A stretch of 64,000 nt of DNA. It comes from Octopus bimaculoides (lineage: Eukaryota). The DNA is taken from positions 100,013,333-100,077,332 of the forward strand of contig NC_068982.1 in assembly GCF_001194135.2 (NCBI RefSeq), in the 5' to 3' direction. The notes beneath the pieces were generated by a model, which was not told the DNA's origin, ran no database searches, and was given only the letters and a program-made list of their open reading frames with translations. A program made the position numbers and the translations under genes. Shown here piece by piece: positions 61,401-64,000 of this stretch (its first letter is position 1; each line of letters begins with the position of its first letter).

Positions 61401-63158
61401 CTTTTTAGTCTAGCTTAACTGTACCTTCATATTTTTAAAGGTGCTTTCAAGCACACAATTGTCATTAATGATTGATCCCTACAAAGTGCACCCATACATT
61501 CTTCTCATTCAAAATTTCTCACTTGTTTCTATGACTCTTCAGTGTCACTGAGGGTAAGTGCTTCTTTATCATTCAATACATGCCACTCCCAAATGACATC
61601 TCAGTTCTCTCAAGTACAATGTCTTTCAAACCATGCCTTTGAACCTCACATCACAGAACATATATAATCTACTTTCTTTTGGTTTCTTCCTAACTAACTA
61701 TACCTGGCTTCTAGCTTCTCTTCTAGCTATATGATAGTGTTGTTTGCTTCCCCCTTATTTCCAGTATTTCCAGATTTGTCTCTACAGTCTTATGGCTCTA
61801 TCTTTGAATATTTGTTTCTATTGAGATGATACCTATTTTTATACAAAGCACTTTACTGACAACGGTTCTGTACATGAGTTGCATAACTCTCACCAGCCAT
61901 ACATCTATTCCAAATTTCTTTTAGTGACCACCAAACTACAGAGCAAAGAAACCTGTGAAAGGCCCTTATCAGTTCAAACAAAAACTAGGTAGGGCGTGAG
62001 CTTACACCTGGTTACATATAAAAATAGGATAGTTTTACAAATATCTCAAGCAAGAATAATTCAACTCTTACTCCTCATATATATATATATATATATATAT
62101 ANNNNNNNNNNNNNNNNNNNNNNNNNNNNNNNNNNNNNNNNNNNNNNNNNNNNNNNNNNNNNNNNNNNNNNNNNNNNNNNNNNNNNNNNNNNNNNNNNNN
62201 NNNNNNNNNNNNNNNNNNNNNNNNNNNNNNNNNNNNNNNNNNNNNNNNNNNNNNNNNNNNNNNNNNNNNNNNNNNNNNNNNNNNNNNNNNNNNNNNNNNN
62301 NNNNNNNNNNNNNNNNNNNNNNNNNNNNNNNNNNNNNNNNNNNNNNNNNNNNNNNNNNNNNNNNNNNNNNNNNNNNNNNNNNNNNNNNNNNNNNNNNNNN
62401 NNNNNNNNNNNNNNNNNNNNNNNNNNNNNNNNNNNNNNNNNNNNNNNNNNNNNNNNNNNNGAGAGAGAGAGAGAGAGAGAGTACATTTTGAAGAATGCAT
62501 TTCCTTTTCTTATTAATGATGGATTTTACTGAATTCTTAGACAGGCATAAAGTTAATTTTCACAAAGAAGGAATATATTCAACTGAAATAATCTACTATA
62601 TTCCTGCTACTTATTTCAATGTCCTCTGAGAGAGTGAAAGGTAATGTAGATCCTAGCAGGAATTGAACTCATAACTAGACTAAATGCGCTGCATTTAGTT
62701 TGACACGTTACTCTCTTGGATTTGTACAAGAACATGAAGATGATAAGATTTCTTATATAGGTACAGCTATAAGAAATGAATCAGAGAAATGAGTTATAAT
62801 GCTCATGCTTTTTTTCAAGAGTATGAGTCAAGCAATTTTATTCAAGATTTGAAACTACATTAATAAGCTTGGCTTACCAAGAATTATGGCCATGATATAA
62901 CAGCCAGGTAATATGTAAGTAAAGACGTTTCGAATAACTTTGACATAGAAATACTTAAATGTTGCTTGATACTTACGATAATGCAATACCCCAATGTGAT
63001 TCGGAGAATTTTGTAGCTACTTTAAAGAGAACCATACCAACAAGACACATTGCTGGAATTATAGTGACTGGTCCAATGAACTTCATCATTACTCCTACAA
63101 TACCTGTAGCACCTATAAGGAAGTGAACAATACCAGCCAACATCAAACTTCCTTCAAG
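46217..63158 (-). CDS. SLC23A: SLC23/NAT-family (nucleobase-ascorbate transporter, SVCT-like) gene, 5'-partial; 7 coding exons join(62977..63158,58571..58691,57797..57953,54479..54732,52434..52707,49744..49839,46217..46440), 1308 nt = 435 aa + stop
   Basis: Manual exon assembly. All introns are GT-AG and phases match (0/2,2/0,0/1,1/0,0/1,1/1,1/stop). The translation has SLC23 hallmarks IGPVTI, WFYFPYPGQFGPP, SIGDYYACAR, NIGAIGITKVGSRRV, SSRNLAIIG and FLDNTVPGTLEERG. Orthology to a specific vertebrate member (A1/A2/A4) cannot be assigned. Confidence 0.95.
46835..47035 (-). mobile_element. older family-A SINE (intronic)
   Basis: Similarity to the other copies (GATGAAAGGCAAAG, AACTCAGAAC, AAGACAGAC). 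Confidence 0.7.
47241..47499 (-). mobile_element. tRNA-derived SINE (D-type head, different tail)
   Basis: Head GGAGGCATGTGGCTTAGTGGTTAGGG; TSD ACAAACT(A/G)ATGT at 47229-47240 and 47500-47511. Confidence 0.85.
48105..48618 (-). mobile_element. piggyBac-type MITE copy split by the RTE insertion
   Basis: TTAA at 48101-48104 and 48619-48622. Confidence 0.7.
48236..48538 (+). mobile_element. RTE LINE 3'UTR-only copy inserted into a piggyBac-type MITE
   Basis: High similarity to 15501-15790; MITE halves on both sides. Confidence 0.85.
49744..49839 (-). CDS. SLC23A: SLC23 exon: (G)YVELNNILQTLLGNANFVGGALACFLDNTVP(G)
   Basis: TTAG acceptor, GTAAGT donor; 96 nt, phase 1 to 1; FLDNTVPG motif. Confidence 0.95.
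49912..50124 (-). mobile_element. family-A SINE monomer ~70 bp upstream of the 49839 acceptor
   Basis: Full monomer; 17-bp TSD with 2 mismatches at 49895-49911 and 50125-50141. Confidence 0.88.
52434..52707 (-). CDS. SLC23A: SLC23 exon: VGSRRVFQMVGVIFIVFGVLGKLGAIFVIIPYPVLGG...SSRNLAIIGISLLFGLMVPYYVSSSKKPFDT(G)
   Basis: TTCTAG acceptor, GTAAGT donor; 274 nt, phase 0 to 1. Confidence 0.97.
53497..53823. repeat. intronic chimeric duplicate: 53497-53583 copies 55034-55120, and 53618-53823 copies 52200-52405
   Basis: 87 bp with 1 mismatch and 206 bp with 7 mismatches, joined through (TG)n. Confidence 0.92.
54479..54732 (-). CDS. SLC23A: SLC23 exon: (G)QFGPPSFLASAFVGFIIATMTSIIDSIGDYYACARMCGLPPPPSHAVNRGIMIEGFASCLAGAFGAGHGTSTYGGNIGAIGITK
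   Basis: Poly-T tract + GCAG acceptor, GTAATC donor; 254 nt; carries TM8 and the NAT signature motif. Confidence 0.97.
55165..55527 (+). mobile_element. RTE LINE 3'UTR copy (intronic)
   Basis: Subrepeats, CACCCACTACACTCTCGGAGTGGTTGGC block and GAT tail. Confidence 0.85.
56900..57281 (+). mobile_element. RTE LINE 3'UTR copy with three full ~66-bp subrepeats (intronic)
   Basis: Units start at ~56907, ~56974 and ~57040. Confidence 0.85.
57390..57722 (+). mobile_element. family-D-related SINE (shares 3' half with 8685-9071)
   Basis: TGTAATTCAAAGG...GTGGAGTGCT...GATCGGATCAA block; head block TTGAGCAAGGCACTT...GTTGCTCCAGTC. Confidence 0.75.
57797..57953 (-). CDS. SLC23A: SLC23 exon: ILFAIIFGWILSDILTKAGVLSANPQNSQYFARTDSRFHVVHSSSWFYFPYP(G)
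   Basis: TAG acceptor, GTATGT donor; 157 nt; contains the ARTD and WFxFPYP motifs. Confidence 0.95.
58571..58691 (-). CDS. SLC23A: SLC23 exon: (S)TAVFAGILCLYCDKLNCYIPSWNKQKHCHLMNYPLHKVFA
   Basis: TTTCTAG acceptor, GTAAGT donor; 121 nt, phase 2 to 0, exactly bridging the flanking exons. Confidence 0.88.
58730..58847 (-). mobile_element. 5'-truncated degenerate family-A SINE next to the 58691 acceptor
   Basis: Partial match to the tail and central domain. Confidence 0.55.
60405..60585 (-). mobile_element. family-A SINE with internal deletions
   Basis: TSD ATATATTC(G/A)CAATA at 60391-60404 and 60586-60599. Confidence 0.82.
60986..62013 (+). repeat. diverged ~145-bp direct repeat (60986-~61132 and 61868-~62013) in the SLC23 intron
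   Basis: Alignable by eye at roughly 80% identity, offset 882. Confidence 0.8.
62977..63158 (-). CDS. SLC23A: SLC23 exon (first in window): LEGSLMLAGIVHFLIGATGIVGVMMKFIGPVTIIPAMCLVGMVLFKVATKFSESHWGIALS
   Basis: Pyrimidine tract + CAG acceptor at 63159-63161, GTAAGT donor at 62976-62971; 182 nt, phase 0 to 2. Confidence 0.93.
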
Positions 63159-64000
63159 CTGGAATGAGAAGAAAAAGGAGATTAAGAAAAATGGAGAGTA
63201 TGAAAATATGTACAGTTAGGAGTGATAGAGATGATGGCAATTATATAAAGGAGAAATAGTATCAGAAAAATGTTAGATGTTTTGAAGAATGCTTAAGGTA
63301 ATGAGTTATAACATAAAATTAGAATCGTATACTATGTTGCAATGAAGTTGTATGTGAGGAAGCAAGCCACTAATTCAAGAAAATAAGGGTATTTACATGA
63401 AATAATAGGTTAATGGTGGTATGCTTGCTATGAGCTGGATTGGAAACAAGAATAGAATTAGTGTGAATACCTTAGAGCTGGAGGAGAGACTAAAATATTA
63501 GGCAGAGCAATTTCATCAAGAATGAAAGAAAATATTCTTATTCTTTCATAAATAATTCCACTCAGTAGTACATTAGTTTCTACTTCACTTCACAACACAC
63601 CAACATACAGCACCTCAGCAAAACTATGTTAAAGCATAGCACAAAAGTAATGTGTTTAATAAAATGACTTTTATACTAAACTATAACAGAAACTTTGCTA
63701 ATATGTAGTGCAATGGCTTTCCTTTCGTAAATGTTTTTTACAGTAAAAGAATATAATATGTAAGCTGTCACTATCATGATCATCACCATTCTAACATCTG
63801 CTTGCGCAAGTCAGACAGAATTTGTTGATGCCAATTTTCTATGGCTGGATACCCTTCTTGTTGCCAGCCCTCACTTAGTATTAGTTGTGAATGTAAAATG
63901 TAAATAGTACATGTTAAATTTAAAATAGAGAGCCATTCTTATTAAGAAATTAGAGCAGGAATATGCATCAAAGAAATCAAGTTATGTTTGGCAAAAGATC

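Noticed and set aside
63159-64000. Search for the next upstream SLC23 exon
   Set aside because: No convincing phase-0 exon with the expected ...W..R(M/I)(R/Q)E sequence; it probably lies beyond the window.

Overview
AT-rich, microsatellite-dense animal genomic DNA from a gapped short-read assembly (8 N-gaps). The repeat families point to an octopod (Octopus) genome; this is inferred from the SINE/LINE content, not from a search. The only supportable protein-coding gene is the 3' part of an SLC23/NAT-family (nucleobase-ascorbate transporter) gene on the minus strand. It has 7 GT-AG exons with consistent phases (63158 down to the TAG stop at 46217; 435 codons plus stop), and its 5' exons lie beyond the window. 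Everything else is repeats: several tRNA-derived SINE families (including a dimer that moved as one unit), RTE-clade LINE fragments, mariner, maT (DD37D), piggyBac-type MITEs, Helitrons and a Penelope-like GIY-YIG remnant. The most striking signal is a set of hammerhead-ribozyme motifs in small insertions at TA-rich sites, each with an inverted 5' segment. They include a tandem pair 295 nt apart (41.5-41.9 kb, retrozyme-like, one copy with a fully canonical core and GUC site), a minimal hammerhead with a compensatory G3-C8 core swap (6.1 kb), an 881-bp TSD-flanked circularly permuted unit (19.6-20.5 kb) and a 298-bp palindrome (10.8-11.1 kb). All structures were folded by eye and need computational and biochemical confirmation.
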